From the NCBI GenBank assembly GCA_022763805.1, contig JALERC010000079.1, forward strand, positions 12,620 to 76,619: a stretch of DNA of 64,000 nt, in the 5' to 3' direction. Positions 31,434 through 41,826 of the stretch are shown piece after piece; positions within the stretch are counted from its first letter, which is position 1; each line of letters begins with the position of its first letter. This stretch comes from Mycoplasmatota bacterium. Its GTDB lineage: Bacteria; Bacillota_I; Bacilli_A; RF39; UBA660. The translations under genes were made by a program, and so were the position numbers. The notes below the pieces were generated by a model, which did not search any database, was not told where the DNA came from, and was given only the letters and a program-made list of their open reading frames with translations.

Positions 31434-31724
31434 TTAGTCTTCTAACTTAGTAATTAAATGACGAATAATATCGCTGCTAATTCCAGCTAAACGATCAAAT
31501 TCGTTAATAGCTTTATCATCAGAAGCTTCTAAAGTCATTACATAATAGTAACCATTTTTGAATTTTTTGATTTCATAAGCTAATTCTCTTTGACCCATTT
31601 CTTTTACATTTGTAACGTTAGCACCATTTGTAGTTAAAACGTTTTCAAAGTTTTTAGCAACTTTTTTAATTTCTTCTTCAGTTAAAGTTGGTCTAACAAT
31701 AAACATAATTTCATAATTTCTCAT
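31434..31724 (-). CDS. rpsF: 30S ribosomal protein S6
   Basis: [12 protein letters not shown]...; conserved rpsF-ssb-rpsR operon. Confidence 0.95.
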   Translation of the reverse strand: MRNYEIMFIVRPTLTEEEIKKVAKNFENVLTTNGANVTNVKEMGQRELAYEIKKFKNGYYYVMTLEASDDKAINEFDRLAGISSDIIRHLITKLED

Positions 31725-31795
31725 TTTTTACACCTCCTTATGGTCTTTCGGCTTTCTTTTTAAAGAAAGCAAGGAGTAATTAAATACTCGAAAGT

Positions 31796-31824
31796 ATTGT
31801 AGCATAATTTTTTATTATTGTAAA
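31796..31824 (-). promoter_or_regulatory. rpsF promoter: -35 TTTACA, 17-nt spacer, extended -10 TGCTACAAT; structured leader with two hairpins follows
   Basis: Reverse-strand reading. The leader has AATACTttcgAGTATT and GCTTTCTTTaaaaAGAAAGC hairpins before the GGAGG SD. Confidence 0.5.
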
Positions 31825-31827
31825 CAA

Positions 31828-32337
31828 TTATTTATTTTTAATAAAAGTAGTTATGCAATCTAATATGAAAACAAATAATAATATATATGTTATTGAATAA
31901 GGAATTTTTAAAATTAATCTTTTTAATATTGGATTTATTACATAAATAAATAAAATAGAAACTGCACCCCAAATAAAAGCCATTTCCAATGATATATAAT
32001 TGCCAATGTTATATTTATGGTTTTTATAACTCCAAAAGATTATACCAAATATTTTTTCAATTAATATTCCACCGAGCAGTTCTAGGCAAGAAAGAAAAAT
32101 AGAAAGAATAAAAAAAACAATTATTGTCTCAATCCATCTAGGCATATGAAGATTAATAAAAAAATATCTTGATAATACTAAAATTATTACTGTACCAATG
32201 CCATATATAGGTGTAAATGGTCCATACATAATACCACTTTTAAAACCAGACTTTGTTATTAAAGCAAGCGATGTTTCCAAAATATATCCTAAAAATGAAT
32301 AAACAAAAAAACAATTTAAATAATACATTATTATCAC
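31828..32337 (-). CDS. Small polytopic membrane protein, DUF1113 / 'putative ABC-transporter type IV' family-like
   Basis: 169 aa, 4-5 TM. N-terminal FFVYSFLGYILE motif typical of PF06541. Confidence 0.45.
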   Translation of the reverse strand: MIIMYYLNCFFVYSFLGYILETSLALITKSGFKSGIMYGPFTPIYGIGTVIILVLSRYFFINLHMPRWIETIIVFFILSIFLSCLELLGGILIEKIFGIIFWSYKNHKYNIGNYISLEMAFIWGAVSILFIYVINPILKRLILKIPYSITYILLFVFILDCITTFIKNK

Positions 32338-32367
32338 CCAATAATAGTATTAGTTAAATTGTAATAA

Positions 32368-33468
32368 TTAAACATTAAATCTAAAATGACAAATATCTCC
32401 ATCTTGCATAACATATTCTTTACCTTCAAGACGCATTTTTCCTGCTTCTTTGACTGCTTTTTCACTACCACATTCATGTAGATCATCATAGCTCATTACT
32501 TCAGCTCTAATAAATCCTCTTTCAAAATCTGTATGAATAATTCCGGCACATTCTGGTGCTTTCATTCCCTTCTTGAAAGTCCATGCTCTACATTCTTGAA
32601 CACCAGCAGTGAAATAAGTTGCAAGTCCAAGTAAATCGTATGTAGCATATATTAATTTATCTAATCCACTATCACATATTCCTAATTCGTGTAAAAATTC
32701 TGTTTTTTCATCATCTGATAATTCTACTAATTCAGATTCTATTTTAGCACAGACAGTAATAACTTTTGCGTTTTCTTTATTAGCATATTCTCTAACTTGA
32801 TCAACATACATATTACCATCATTAACTAAATCATCTTCATTAATATTAGCCATATATATAATAGGTTTATGTGTTAAGAAATTAAATGCTTTAACATATT
32901 TATAATCTTCTTCATCGAATTCTAATTTTCTAATAGGTTCATTTTTAAGTAATGTTTCTTTAATTTGATTTAAAATTCTTACTTCTCTTTGAATTTCTTT
33001 ATCCTTAGACATAGCTGCTTTTTTCCCTATTTTATTAATTCTATTTTCTACAACTTCTAGATCTGCTAAAATTAATTCAACATTAATTATTTCAATATCT
33101 CTAATTGGATCTACATTATTTTCAACGTGAATAATATTCTTATCTTCAAAGCATCTTACAACTTCAACAATTGCATCAACTTCACGAATATGCGATAAAA
33201 ATTTATTACCTAAACCTTCACCAGAAGCAGCACCTTTTACTAAACCAGCTATATCAGTAAATTCATAAGTTGTTGGAATAACATTTTCAGTTTGATATAA
33301 ATTTTGTAAATATTCTAGTCTTTTATCTGGCACGGTAACAACACCAACATTTGGATCTATTGTCGCAAATGGATAATTAGCAGCTAATATATTTTTTTTT
33401 GTAATAGCATTAAATAAAGTTGATTTACCAACATTTGGTAATCCTACTATACCTGCAGTTAAACTCAT
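32368..33468 (-). CDS. ychF: Ribosome-binding ATPase YchF (Obg-family GTPase). Start at [17 protein letters not shown], with SD GAGGA 6 nt upstream.
   Basis: G1 GLPNVGKST; TGS C-terminal domain; conserved position upstream of rpsF. Confidence 0.9.
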   Translation of the reverse strand: MSLTAGIVGLPNVGKSTLFNAITKKNILAANYPFATIDPNVGVVTVPDKRLEYLQNLYQTENVIPTTYEFTDIAGLVKGAASGEGLGNKFLSHIREVDAIVEVVRCFEDKNIIHVENNVDPIRDIEIINVELILADLEVVENRINKIGKKAAMSKDKEIQREVRILNQIKETLLKNEPIRKLEFDEEDYKYVKAFNFLTHKPIIYMANINEDDLVNDGNMYVDQVREYANKENAKVITVCAKIESELVELSDDEKTEFLHELGICDSGLDKLIYATYDLLGLATYFTAGVQECRAWTFKKGMKAPECAGIIHTDFERGFIRAEVMSYDDLHECGSEKAVKEAGKMRLEGKEYVMQDGDICHFRFNV

Positions 33469-33491
33469 AATCATTCCTCATTTCGTTTTTT

Positions 33492-33520
33492 ATTATACAT
33501 AATAATTAATAAAATTGCAA
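33492..33520 (-). promoter_or_regulatory. ychF promoter: -35 TTGCAA, 17 nt, extended -10 TGTATAAT
   Basis: Reverse-strand reading. Confidence 0.45.
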
Positions 33521-33546
33521 AGAAAAAAGATGAAATATCATCTTTT
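33515..33546 (-). terminator. Intrinsic terminator after the AbgT-family gene (stem AAAAGATGA/TCATCTTTT, includes the stop codon)
   Basis: 9-bp inverted repeat followed by a T-run. Confidence 0.7.
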
Positions 33547-35062
33547 AGTATGTTGAGAATGTTTCTGGTCCTAATGATAACCCAACAATATACCATCCCA
33601 TAATTATTAAAATCCATAATCCTGCGAATAATAACAATGCTGGCATCATAATTCTAAATGTACCAAAAACAGTTATTTTATTATTTTCTTTTGTATTATA
33701 TTTTTCTAAAAATGCTAACATTATAATGTAATAAGGATATATAGGGGTGAAACATTTACCAACACCATCTGCTGCTCTAAAAATAAATTGAGAAAAATTA
33801 GGTGTTATATTCGATCTCATTAATAATGGTACTGTTAATGGAGAAGCAATAGTCCATTTTGTAACAGCACTTGGTACTAATATACTCATTAATATAACTA
33901 TTAAAAAGAACATTGCTACTAATGGAATTCCTGAAAAAGGTAATGAAGTTAATAAAGTAACTAACTTACATGAAATAACTTCTCCTAAATTTGTCCATTC
34001 TAATATTCCTATAAATTGTGAAGTAAAGAATAATAAAACAAATACATATCCTAAACCTTCAAAATTTTTCGATAAACCTACACTATATTGTGTACTATTT
34101 TTAATGTTTCCTGAAATTTTACCATATATAAATCCACATATCATTACAATTAATAAGAATATTAATGGTAAACCATTTTTAAATGGTGAATTATTCCCCA
34201 TTAATCTTTCTATATAAGAATTTCCTTCACCAAGCAAAAATCCTGATCCTTTTAATCCTGGTATAATCATATAAGTTAGAATTATAATCATTAGGAAAAA
34301 TGCTAAATTACTATAATATAACGCTTTTTTAGAAATAATTATATTTTCATCATCTTGTATATTACTTTTTGGAACACGTTTTTCTAAAACTGAATGAATT
34401 ATAAAGGTACCTACTACTGAAAGTATAAATGTACTAGCAAACATTATATACATATTTGATTTTAATAAATAAATAAAATTTTTATCAACATCTAATGATG
34501 CAGCAGTTTCTGTTAATTTTGCTAAAACTATCTCTTCATTATTATAAAGTAGTCCAGTTCCATAACCCATAGTAATTCCAATAAATACAGTCATAATACC
34601 AAGTAAAGGTTTTTTGCCTGTATATTTATATAAAATTGCAACTAAAGGAAGTAGTATTACATATGAATAATCTCCTAATATAGAACCTGAAACACCTACT
34701 AGTAGTGTTAAAAATGTTAAAAATTTAGAATTGATTTTTCTAAACGGATAGAAAATAGATTTAAATAAACCACTTGCTTCACCTATACTTATTGTAATTA
34801 ATGAAATAATTAACAAAAACAAAGGTTCAAATACTTGTAAATTTTTAACAACATTATTTAATACATATATTATACCTTCTTTGGTTAATATATTATTAAC
34901 TGTAACAAGACTTGTTTCTAACGAATCTCTTACAATTTCTGTTTTTTCAGCATCTATTTCTAACAAAGAAAATGTAGTACTCAAACCAATTGTTATCATT
35001 GTTAACAAGATAATTGCTATAACAGGTCCAAGCATTTTCTTTTCTTTTATTTTTCTTTTCAT
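33545..35062 (-). CDS. AbgT-family transporter (p-aminobenzoyl-glutamate / antimetabolite transporter family)
   Basis: C-terminal FRAADGVGK...IVGLSLGPE and WTNLG motifs match AbgT. Multi-TM, 505 aa. Confidence 0.65.
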   Translation of the reverse strand: MKRKIKEKKMLGPVIAIILLTMITIGLSTTFSLLEIDAEKTEIVRDSLETSLVTVNNILTKEGIIYVLNNVVKNLQVFEPLFLLIISLITISIGEASGLFKSIFYPFRKINSKFLTFLTLLVGVSGSILGDYSYVILLPLVAILYKYTGKKPLLGIMTVFIGITMGYGTGLLYNNEEIVLAKLTETAASLDVDKNFIYLLKSNMYIMFASTFILSVVGTFIIHSVLEKRVPKSNIQDDENIIISKKALYYSNLAFFLMIIILTYMIIPGLKGSGFLLGEGNSYIERLMGNNSPFKNGLPLIFLLIVMICGFIYGKISGNIKNSTQYSVGLSKNFEGLGYVFVLLFFTSQFIGILEWTNLGEVISCKLVTLLTSLPFSGIPLVAMFFLIVILMSILVPSAVTKWTIASPLTVPLLMRSNITPNFSQFIFRAADGVGKCFTPIYPYYIIMLAFLEKYNTKENNKITVFGTFRIMMPALLLFAGLWILIIMGWYIVGLSLGPETFSTY

Positions 35063-35071
35063 TTATTCCTC

Positions 35072-35272
35072 CTAAAACTTAATAATTTTTTTAACTTTTT
35101 TATTAAAGTCTATTCTAGGTAACATAATTGTTCTATTGCATTGAATGCATTTTATTTTAATGTCAGCTCCAACTCTTGTGACTTCCCATTCATTACTACC
35201 ACAAGGATGAGCTTTTTTCATAACAACAATGCTACCTAATTTATAATCCTTACTTTCCATTGTGTAATACAA
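35072..35272 (-). CDS. DUF951 family small protein (YyzM-like)
   Basis: GSIVVMKKAHPCGSNEWEVTRVGADIKIKCIQCNRTIMLPR matches DUF951 with its Cys pattern. Same neighbourhood (near parB/ychF) as B. subtilis yyzM. Confidence 0.7.
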   Translation of the reverse strand: MYYTMESKDYKLGSIVVMKKAHPCGSNEWEVTRVGADIKIKCIQCNRTIMLPRIDFNKKVKKIIKF

Positions 35273-36044
35273 CTTGTTGGAATGGGATTTCTATATTATT
35301 TTTATTAAGTTCTAAAATAGCTGCTTTTAATATTGCTCTTTGAACTACAAAGTGTTGCATTGCAACAGTAGTAGCTACTATTCTATAGCTAATAGATGAA
35401 TCATTAAGTTGATTTAATCCTAATAAAACAACTGGTCCTTTTAAATTATCTAATTCTTCAGTTAATCTTTCACATAATTTTGTTAATATCTTATCTACTT
35501 TTTCTAAATCAGAATCATAAGCTACATTTATATCCACTATAGCAAGTGAATTATCTAAAGTATGATTAACTACTTCTGTAATATTTCTATTTGCAAATAT
35601 TTTTATTTCTCCTGTATATGCTTGTACTCTTGTAGTTTTTAATGTAATTGCAATTACTTCACCTTTAAAATCTCCAATCGTAATTATATCTCCAATATGA
35701 TATTGGCCTTCTATAAATATTGTAATACCAGCAACAAAATCCTTTAATAAATCTTGAAGAGCAAGAGCAATTACAGCTGCAAATACTCCTAGAGAAGCAA
35801 TTAATGATTTCGTATCTATACCATATGATTCTAATAAACTAATAGAAGCTATAGCTATAATAAAGAATTTTACAACGTTAGTGAATAGCATCATTAGAGT
35901 ATTTTTTCTTTTAGCATCTAATGTTTTCATACTTACTTTAAAAACTTTTTTTATGATATTTTTTGCAATTGCGTAAGCTAAAATAGATATTACTATTATT
36001 ATAATTGGTACTAATATATCTTTCATTAATAATTTTTCAAACAT
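35250..36044 (-). CDS. Small-conductance mechanosensitive channel, MscS family
   Basis: TM region followed by a beta-domain YHIGDIITIGDFKGEVIAITLKTTRV typical of MscS. Confidence 0.75.
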   Translation of the reverse strand: MFEKLLMKDILVPIIIIVISILAYAIAKNIIKKVFKVSMKTLDAKRKNTLMMLFTNVVKFFIIAIASISLLESYGIDTKSLIASLGVFAAVIALALQDLLKDFVAGITIFIEGQYHIGDIITIGDFKGEVIAITLKTTRVQAYTGEIKIFANRNITEVVNHTLDNSLAIVDINVAYDSDLEKVDKILTKLCERLTEELDNLKGPVVLLGLNQLNDSSISYRIVATTVAMQHFVVQRAILKAAILELNKNNIEIPFQQVVLHNGK

Positions 36045-36050
36045 AATATA

Positions 36051-36947
36051 TTACTCCTTTACATCTAAAATTTCCAAAATTCTATTTAAATCATTAACGT
36101 TATTAAAACAAATTTCTATTTTATTATCCTTTATTTTAACTTTAGTATCTAATTTATCTCTTAACATATCTTCTACATATTTATATTCATTTGTAGATTC
36201 AGTCTTTCTTTTTTGTTCAACTCTTTTATGAACTTCTTCCTTTTGAGATATTTTTTCAACTTCTCTAACTGGTAATTTTTCATTTACTATTTGATTAGCT
36301 AAATTAATCATTTCATTTTGTGATTCTAATTTACTAATAGCCCTAGCATGTCCCATAGTAATTTCATTTTTTATTACCATTTGTTGAACTTCATTAGGTA
36401 AACGAAGTAATCCTAGAATATTAGTTATATGACTTCTACTTTTACCAACTTTTTTAGCAAGTTCATCTTGAGTTAAATTTAATTTTTCTAACATTGATTT
36501 ATAAGCAACAGCTTCTTCAATAGCACTTAAATTTTCTCTTTGTAAATTTTCTAAAAGTGCAATCTCCATCATTTGTTCATCAGTAAAATTTCTAATTATT
36601 GCAGGAATAGTTTCCTTACCAGCAATTCTTGATGCTCTACATCTTCTTTCACCAGCTATGATTTCATAACCTTTTATACTTTTTTTAACTATAATAGGTT
36701 GAAATACACCATGTTCTTTGATAGATAAAGCAAGTTCGTTTAATGCGTCATCATCAAATTTCTTTCTTGGTTGATAAGGATTAACCCTTAATTCATCAAG
36801 TTTTAATTCGACTATTTCTTCTTTTGGAGTCGTATCATAAATTTGTTTTTCCATACTATTTAAATCCATGTTTTCAGTGTTAAATAGTTGTTCTAATCCT
36901 CTACCAAGAGCTCTTTTTCTATCTAGTTTATTGTCCATTTCTAACAA
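36051..36947 (-). CDS. parB: Chromosome partitioning protein ParB/Spo0J
   Basis: ParB box IIAGERRCRA; HTH LTQDELAKKVGKSRSHITN; follows parA. Confidence 0.9.
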   Translation of the reverse strand: MLEMDNKLDRKRALGRGLEQLFNTENMDLNSMEKQIYDTTPKEEIVELKLDELRVNPYQPRKKFDDDALNELALSIKEHGVFQPIIVKKSIKGYEIIAGERRCRASRIAGKETIPAIIRNFTDEQMMEIALLENLQRENLSAIEEAVAYKSMLEKLNLTQDELAKKVGKSRSHITNILGLLRLPNEVQQMVIKNEITMGHARAISKLESQNEMINLANQIVNEKLPVREVEKISQKEEVHKRVEQKRKTESTNEYKYVEDMLRDKLDTKVKIKDNKIEICFNNVNDLNRILEILDVKE

Positions 36948-37713
36948 TCACTTCCTTTGCTAAACTTAAATAAGCTTCCGAACCTTTATGATCAGATGCA
37001 TAGTATATTATAGGTTTTCCGTGACTTGGTGCTTCAGAAATTTTTACAAGTCTAGGAATAATTGTATCATATACTTTTTCTTTAAAATAACTTCTTATAT
37101 CTTCAACAACTTCTAGCCCTAAACATGTTCTACTATCAAGCATTGTAAGTAGTACACCTTCAATATCTAAATTTGGGTTTAAATTTTTTTGAGCTAATAA
37201 AATTGTATTAATTAACTGAGCTATACCTTCAAGTGCAAAGAATTCACATTGAACAGGAATAAGAACTGAATCAGCAGCAGTCAAAGCATTTGTAGTAAGT
37301 ATTCCTAAACTAGGAGGACAATCGATAATTATATAATCATATTCTTCTTTTGCAATATCCAAATATTTTTTTAATTGTCCGCCCATATTAAATCCAGGAA
37401 TATTTCTAGACATCTCAACTAATTCTATTTCAATACCAGCAAGATTAATAGTTGCAGGTAATATAGATAAATTTTTAAATTTTGTTTTTATAACTGTTTC
37501 TTCTAATGTAGCTTTATCTAACATCATTTCATAAATTGAATTTTTGTATTCACCTTTAGCGATTCCTAACCCAGTAGTACAGTTTCCTTGTGGGTCTAAA
37601 TCAACAAGTAGTGCTTTTCTTTTTAGTACACCTAAAGATGCAGCTAGGTTAATACTTGATGTAGTTTTTCCTACTCCACCTTTTTGGTTAACTAATGCTA
37701 TAACTTTACCCAT
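36928..37713 (-). CDS. parA: Chromosome partitioning ATPase ParA/Soj (start at MGKVIALVNQKGGVGKTT)
   Basis: Deviant Walker A KGGVGKTT. GGTGAG SD precedes the internal ATG at 37713. Confidence 0.9.
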   Translation of the reverse strand: MGKVIALVNQKGGVGKTTSSINLAASLGVLKRKALLVDLDPQGNCTTGLGIAKGEYKNSIYEMMLDKATLEETVIKTKFKNLSILPATINLAGIEIELVEMSRNIPGFNMGGQLKKYLDIAKEEYDYIIIDCPPSLGILTTNALTAADSVLIPVQCEFFALEGIAQLINTILLAQKNLNPNLDIEGVLLTMLDSRTCLGLEVVEDIRSYFKEKVYDTIIPRLVKISEAPSHGKPIIYYASDHKGSEAYLSLAKEVIVRNGQ

Positions 37714-37789
37714 TATCTCACCATTTTCTACCATTTTAATTTACATATATATTTTAACACAAAAATCAATCTATTGCTATATTAAATAA

Positions 37790-37826
37790 ATTATATAGAA
37801 AAAAGAGGAAATTATTCACCCTCTTT
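37790..37826 (-). terminator. Intrinsic terminator after ftsH (stem AAGAGG/CCTCTT then T-run); stop codon inside the loop
   Basis: Inverted repeat at 37803-37825 followed by TTTTTT on the minus strand. Confidence 0.55.
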
Positions 37827-39812
37827 TTCTTCTATTTTTTTTATAAGTTCTTCTTTAGTCATCTTAGAAGCACCTTTTATTCCTTTTTCTCTTGCTAATT
37901 CAATCAATTCATCAGTAGTTAAATCATCTAAACTAGCATCTTTAAAATCACTTTTATCAACTTCACCATCTTCATCAGGTAAACATCCATTATCAACTAA
38001 ATATTCAATTTGTTCTTTAGTTAATGTTTCATGTTCTAATAAAGTATTAGCAATCAAATCAAGTAATTTTTTATTTTCTTTTATTGTTTTAGTTGTTCTT
38101 TTGTAACATTCGTCGATAATTTTTCTCATTTCTTGGTCAATTTCATATGCTACTTGACTTGAGAAGTTTTTAGATTTATTGTAATCTCTACCTAAGAATA
38201 CACTTGATTCTTGATGTTCAAATTGAACAGGTCCTAAATCACTCATACCATATTCTGTAACCATAGCACGAGCTATTTTAGTTGCTTTTTCAAAATCATT
38301 ATGTGCTCCTGTAGTAATTTCATTAAATTCAATTTCTTCTGCAACACGTCCACCAAGTAATCCACAAATTGTTTCTAATAGTTCAGTTTTTGTAGATAAA
38401 TAAGTTTCTTCTTTAGGTAACATTAGATTATATCCACCAGCTGCACCACGAGGAACAATTGTAATTTTTTGTACTTCATTAGCACCATCTAATTTTATAC
38501 CTAAAACAGCATGTCCTGCTTCATGATAAGCTACAACTCTCTTTTCTTTTTCTGTATATTTATGAGAAGTCTTAGCAGGTCCCATAAGAACTCTATCATG
38601 AGCTTCATCAATTTCTGTCATTGTTATTTGTGATTTGCCACGTCTTACAGCAAGTAATGCAGCTTCATTTAATAAATTTTCCAAATCTGCCCCACTTAAT
38701 CCAACTGTACGTTTAGCAATATTTTTGAAATTTACTTGATTAGCAAATTTTTTGCCTCTAGCATGTACTTCTAGAATAGCTTCTCTTCCTTTTACATCTG
38801 GTAAATTTACTGTTACTTGTCTATCAAAACGTCCAGGTCTTAATAAAGCAGGATCTAATACGTCAGGTCTGTTAGTAGCAGCAAGAATAATAATACCTTC
38901 ATTAGCACCAAATCCATCCATTTCAGTAAGTAATTGGTTTAATGTTTGTTCACGTTCATCATGACCGCCACCGATACCAGAACCACGTTGACGACCTACA
39001 GCATCAATTTCATCTATAAAAATCAAACAAGGTGCAGTTTGTTTTGCTTCTTTAAACATATCTCTTACACGTGAAGCACCAACACCTACAAATAATTCAA
39101 CAAATTCAGATCCACTTATATAATAGAATGGAACATTAGCTTCACCAGCAACTGATTTAGCAAGTAATGTTTTACCAGTTCCTGGAGGACCTACTAAAAG
39201 TACACCCTTAGGAATTCTAGCACCCATATCTTGGAATCTTTTTGGATTTTTTAAGAAATCAATTAATTCTTTAACTTCTTCTTTTTCTTCATCTAATCCA
39301 GCAACTTGATCAAAAGTTACTTTATCTTTACCTGAAGTTAATCTAGCACGACTTTTTCCAAAGTCCATTGATTTATTAGCTCCACCCATTTGTTTAGTTA
39401 GGAAAAAGAATCCTAAACCAATTATTAAAATTGTTGGTAGAACATTCATCATAAATAGTATAAGAGCACTTGAATCTCTATCGTTAGTTGTATCTAATTT
39501 AAATTTATGTTCTTTTTGAGCATCATAAATTACAGATATAGATTCATTTGTTAATGGTATTCTTACAAAAAATGATTCATCTTTTTTGTAATCTTCCATT
39601 GTACCTGTTATTTCATAAACACCAGCACGTTCTAGTGGTGAAATAACAACATCTGTGACTTCGCCTTTTTCAATAGCTGTAATAAATTCATCATATGATA
39701 ATACATTTATCTTTTGTCCTAAAACATTAGTTAAATATAATATACACATCATTATTAAAATTAATGCTATATAAGGCACAAATCCTTTTTTCACATTTTT
39801 TTTATTCATCAC
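37812..39812 (-). CDS. ftsH: ATP-dependent zinc metalloprotease FtsH with an unusual C-terminal HeH/Rho-N-like tail
   Basis: AAA Walker [17 protein letters not shown] zinc site. The last ~45 aa ([33 protein letters not shown]) resemble the Rho N-terminal HeH motif. Confidence 0.9.
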   Translation of the reverse strand: MMNKKNVKKGFVPYIALILIMMCILYLTNVLGQKINVLSYDEFITAIEKGEVTDVVISPLERAGVYEITGTMEDYKKDESFFVRIPLTNESISVIYDAQKEHKFKLDTTNDRDSSALILFMMNVLPTILIIGLGFFFLTKQMGGANKSMDFGKSRARLTSGKDKVTFDQVAGLDEEKEEVKELIDFLKNPKRFQDMGARIPKGVLLVGPPGTGKTLLAKSVAGEANVPFYYISGSEFVELFVGVGASRVRDMFKEAKQTAPCLIFIDEIDAVGRQRGSGIGGGHDEREQTLNQLLTEMDGFGANEGIIILAATNRPDVLDPALLRPGRFDRQVTVNLPDVKGREAILEVHARGKKFANQVNFKNIAKRTVGLSGADLENLLNEAALLAVRRGKSQITMTEIDEAHDRVLMGPAKTSHKYTEKEKRVVAYHEAGHAVLGIKLDGANEVQKITIVPRGAAGGYNLMLPKEETYLSTKTELLETICGLLGGRVAEEIEFNEITTGAHNDFEKATKIARAMVTEYGMSDLGPVQFEHQESSVFLGRDYNKSKNFSSQVAYEIDQEMRKIIDECYKRTTKTIKENKKLLDLIANTLLEHETLTKEQIEYLVDNGCLPDEDGEVDKSDFKDASLDDLTTDELIELAREKGIKGASKMTKEELIKKIEEKEGE

Positions 39813-39821
39813 TTTTCCTCC

Positions 39822-41150
39822 TTAATAATACTTAAGTATTATATCATATTTTTCATCAATTGTTTTATCAAATTTTGTTTTTTTGAGACCAGGAAGCCAA
39901 ACAACAAGTCCATCATTATCTACAACAATAGGCCACTTATCTCTTTCATCCATAGGAATTTTACAATCTATAAATACATCATTAATCTTCTTTTTCCCAA
40001 TCATACCTTTTATTAATATTTTGTCTCCATTTTGTCTACTTCTTACATGAAGAGGTAAACTAATTTCTTTTGAATTTAATCTACAGACAAAATTATTAGT
40101 TAATTTAGTATCTTTTACAACTTCAATATTCTTTCCATTAGGTAAATTTACAAATTTATTCAATTCTATATCGTATGAATTCACTTCTCTATTTATTGTA
40201 GACAATACTAGTGTATCATAAGATTTAATAGCTTGTACACCATTTGGAAGATGAACTTTAACATTTGAACGTTTAGATTTAATTACATCTAACAAAATAT
40301 CAACATGTTTATCTGTAATAAGCATTAAATCATCTTGGTATGTATTTTCTAAAATATGATAAATAACTTTTTGTTGAATAATTTTATCTTCATTTCTAAA
40401 TTTTTCAATATTTAATACATTATTAGGATATATTTCTTTGATTTTACTATTAACTATTTTATCAATAAACTCATTATATTCTAATAATGTTTTACTAAAT
40501 TTATAAAATTTCTTATGAACATTAATATCTTCTTTTTTAAGTTGTGGAACAATATATTTTCTAAATCTATTTCTAGTATAAACATCTTTAAAATTAGAAC
40601 TATCTAATGCATATTTAATATTATTTTTCTTGTTATATTCTAGTATTTCCTCTTTTGTAACTTGAATTAATGGTCTTATTATCTTATAACCATTTTTTTT
40701 AACAACTTTCGAAAATCCACTATAGCCTCTTAATGTAGAACCTCTAACAATACGCATTAAAATTGTTTCTATAAGATCATCTCCATGATGAGCTGTTAAT
40801 AAATATTTAGCATTATATTGTTTAACTAATTTATCAAAATAGTTATATCTTTTACTATGTGCTTCATTATGAAAATTGTCATCACCATAATCATCAATAG
40901 TTAATGTTTCAAAAACTATATTATTTTGTTTACAGAACCTTTCAACAAATTTTTGTTCTTCAAATTGTCCAGGTCTTCCTGTATTGTGATTAACATGAGC
41001 ACAAACAACTTCAATATCTAATGCTTTTTTTAATCTAGTCATTAAATGAAGTAATGCCATTGAATCTGGTCCACCGGAAACACCTAAAACTACTGAATCA
41101 CCATATTTAATATTAATGTCATTTAATAAATAATTATATGCTTCTTCCAT
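39822..41150 (-). CDS. tilS: tRNA(Ile)-lysidine synthetase
   Basis: PP-loop SGGPDS; conserved tilS-ftsH linkage. Confidence 0.85.
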   Translation of the reverse strand: MEEAYNYLLNDINIKYGDSVVLGVSGGPDSMALLHLMTRLKKALDIEVVCAHVNHNTGRPGQFEEQKFVERFCKQNNIVFETLTIDDYGDDNFHNEAHSKRYNYFDKLVKQYNAKYLLTAHHGDDLIETILMRIVRGSTLRGYSGFSKVVKKNGYKIIRPLIQVTKEEILEYNKKNNIKYALDSSNFKDVYTRNRFRKYIVPQLKKEDINVHKKFYKFSKTLLEYNEFIDKIVNSKIKEIYPNNVLNIEKFRNEDKIIQQKVIYHILENTYQDDLMLITDKHVDILLDVIKSKRSNVKVHLPNGVQAIKSYDTLVLSTINREVNSYDIELNKFVNLPNGKNIEVVKDTKLTNNFVCRLNSKEISLPLHVRSRQNGDKILIKGMIGKKKINDVFIDCKIPMDERDKWPIVVDNDGLVVWLPGLKKTKFDKTIDEKYDIILKYY

Positions 41151-41151
41151 A

Positions 41152-41826
41152 TTACCACCTTATACTTTCTTTGTTTATACTATTTAATATATTGTTAGTT
41201 TTAGAAAAAGGTTTACTATCAAAAAATCCTCTAGAAGCTGATAAAGGAGAAGGATGTGCACTTTCAATTATATAATGATTTTTATTTGTAATAAGTTTCT
41301 TTTTACTTCTTGCATAATTACCCCATAAAATAAAAATTACAGGATCTTCTCTTTCGTTTATCTTTTTAATTATTTCGTCTGTAAATATTTCCCATCCTTT
41401 ATCTTTATGAGATAAAGGTGTATCTTTACATACTGTTAAAATAGCATTTAAAAGCAATATACCTTGTTTTGCCCAATCACTTAAATCAGTGTTAGTTCTT
41501 TCTATATTTAAATCGTTTTTTAATTCTTTAAAAATATTTCTTAATGATGGTGTAATCTTAATATCGTTAGGTATAGAAAATGATAATCCTTGAGCTTCAC
41601 CTTCACCATGGTAAGGATCTTGACCTAAAATGACTACTTTTATATCATTATAATCTGTATACTCTAAGGCTTTAAAAATATTCTCTTTTAAAGGATATAC
41701 AGTTTTATTGTTATATTCTTCATTTATATAGTTAAGTAGATTTTTAAAATATTCTTTTTCATACTCATCTTTAAGAATAATATCCCAGTTGTTATTTACT
41801 TTATAATTCATTTGAAATCTCCGCAA
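41152..41826 (-). CDS. ung: Uracil-DNA glycosylase (family 1)
   Basis: GQDPYHG...QGLSFS and HPSPLSA motifs. Confidence 0.9.
   Translation of the reverse strand: MRRFQMNYKVNNNWDIILKDEYEKEYFKNLLNYINEEYNNKTVYPLKENIFKALEYTDYNDIKVVILGQDPYHGEGEAQGLSFSIPNDIKITPSLRNIFKELKNDLNIERTNTDLSDWAKQGILLLNAILTVCKDTPLSHKDKGWEIFTDEIIKKINEREDPVIFILWGNYARSKKKLITNKNHYIIESAHPSPLSASRGFFDSKPFSKTNNILNSINKESIRW

Noticed and set aside
21387-37734. N-terminal extensions in the ORF track for rplX, rplP, rplB, ychF, parA (also ecfA1, gpsA, dnaX, pth elsewhere)
   Set aside because: In each case an internal Met matches the canonical protein N-terminus and has a proper SD at 5-8 nt. The upstream extension overlaps the preceding gene or lacks an SD, so the internal start was used.
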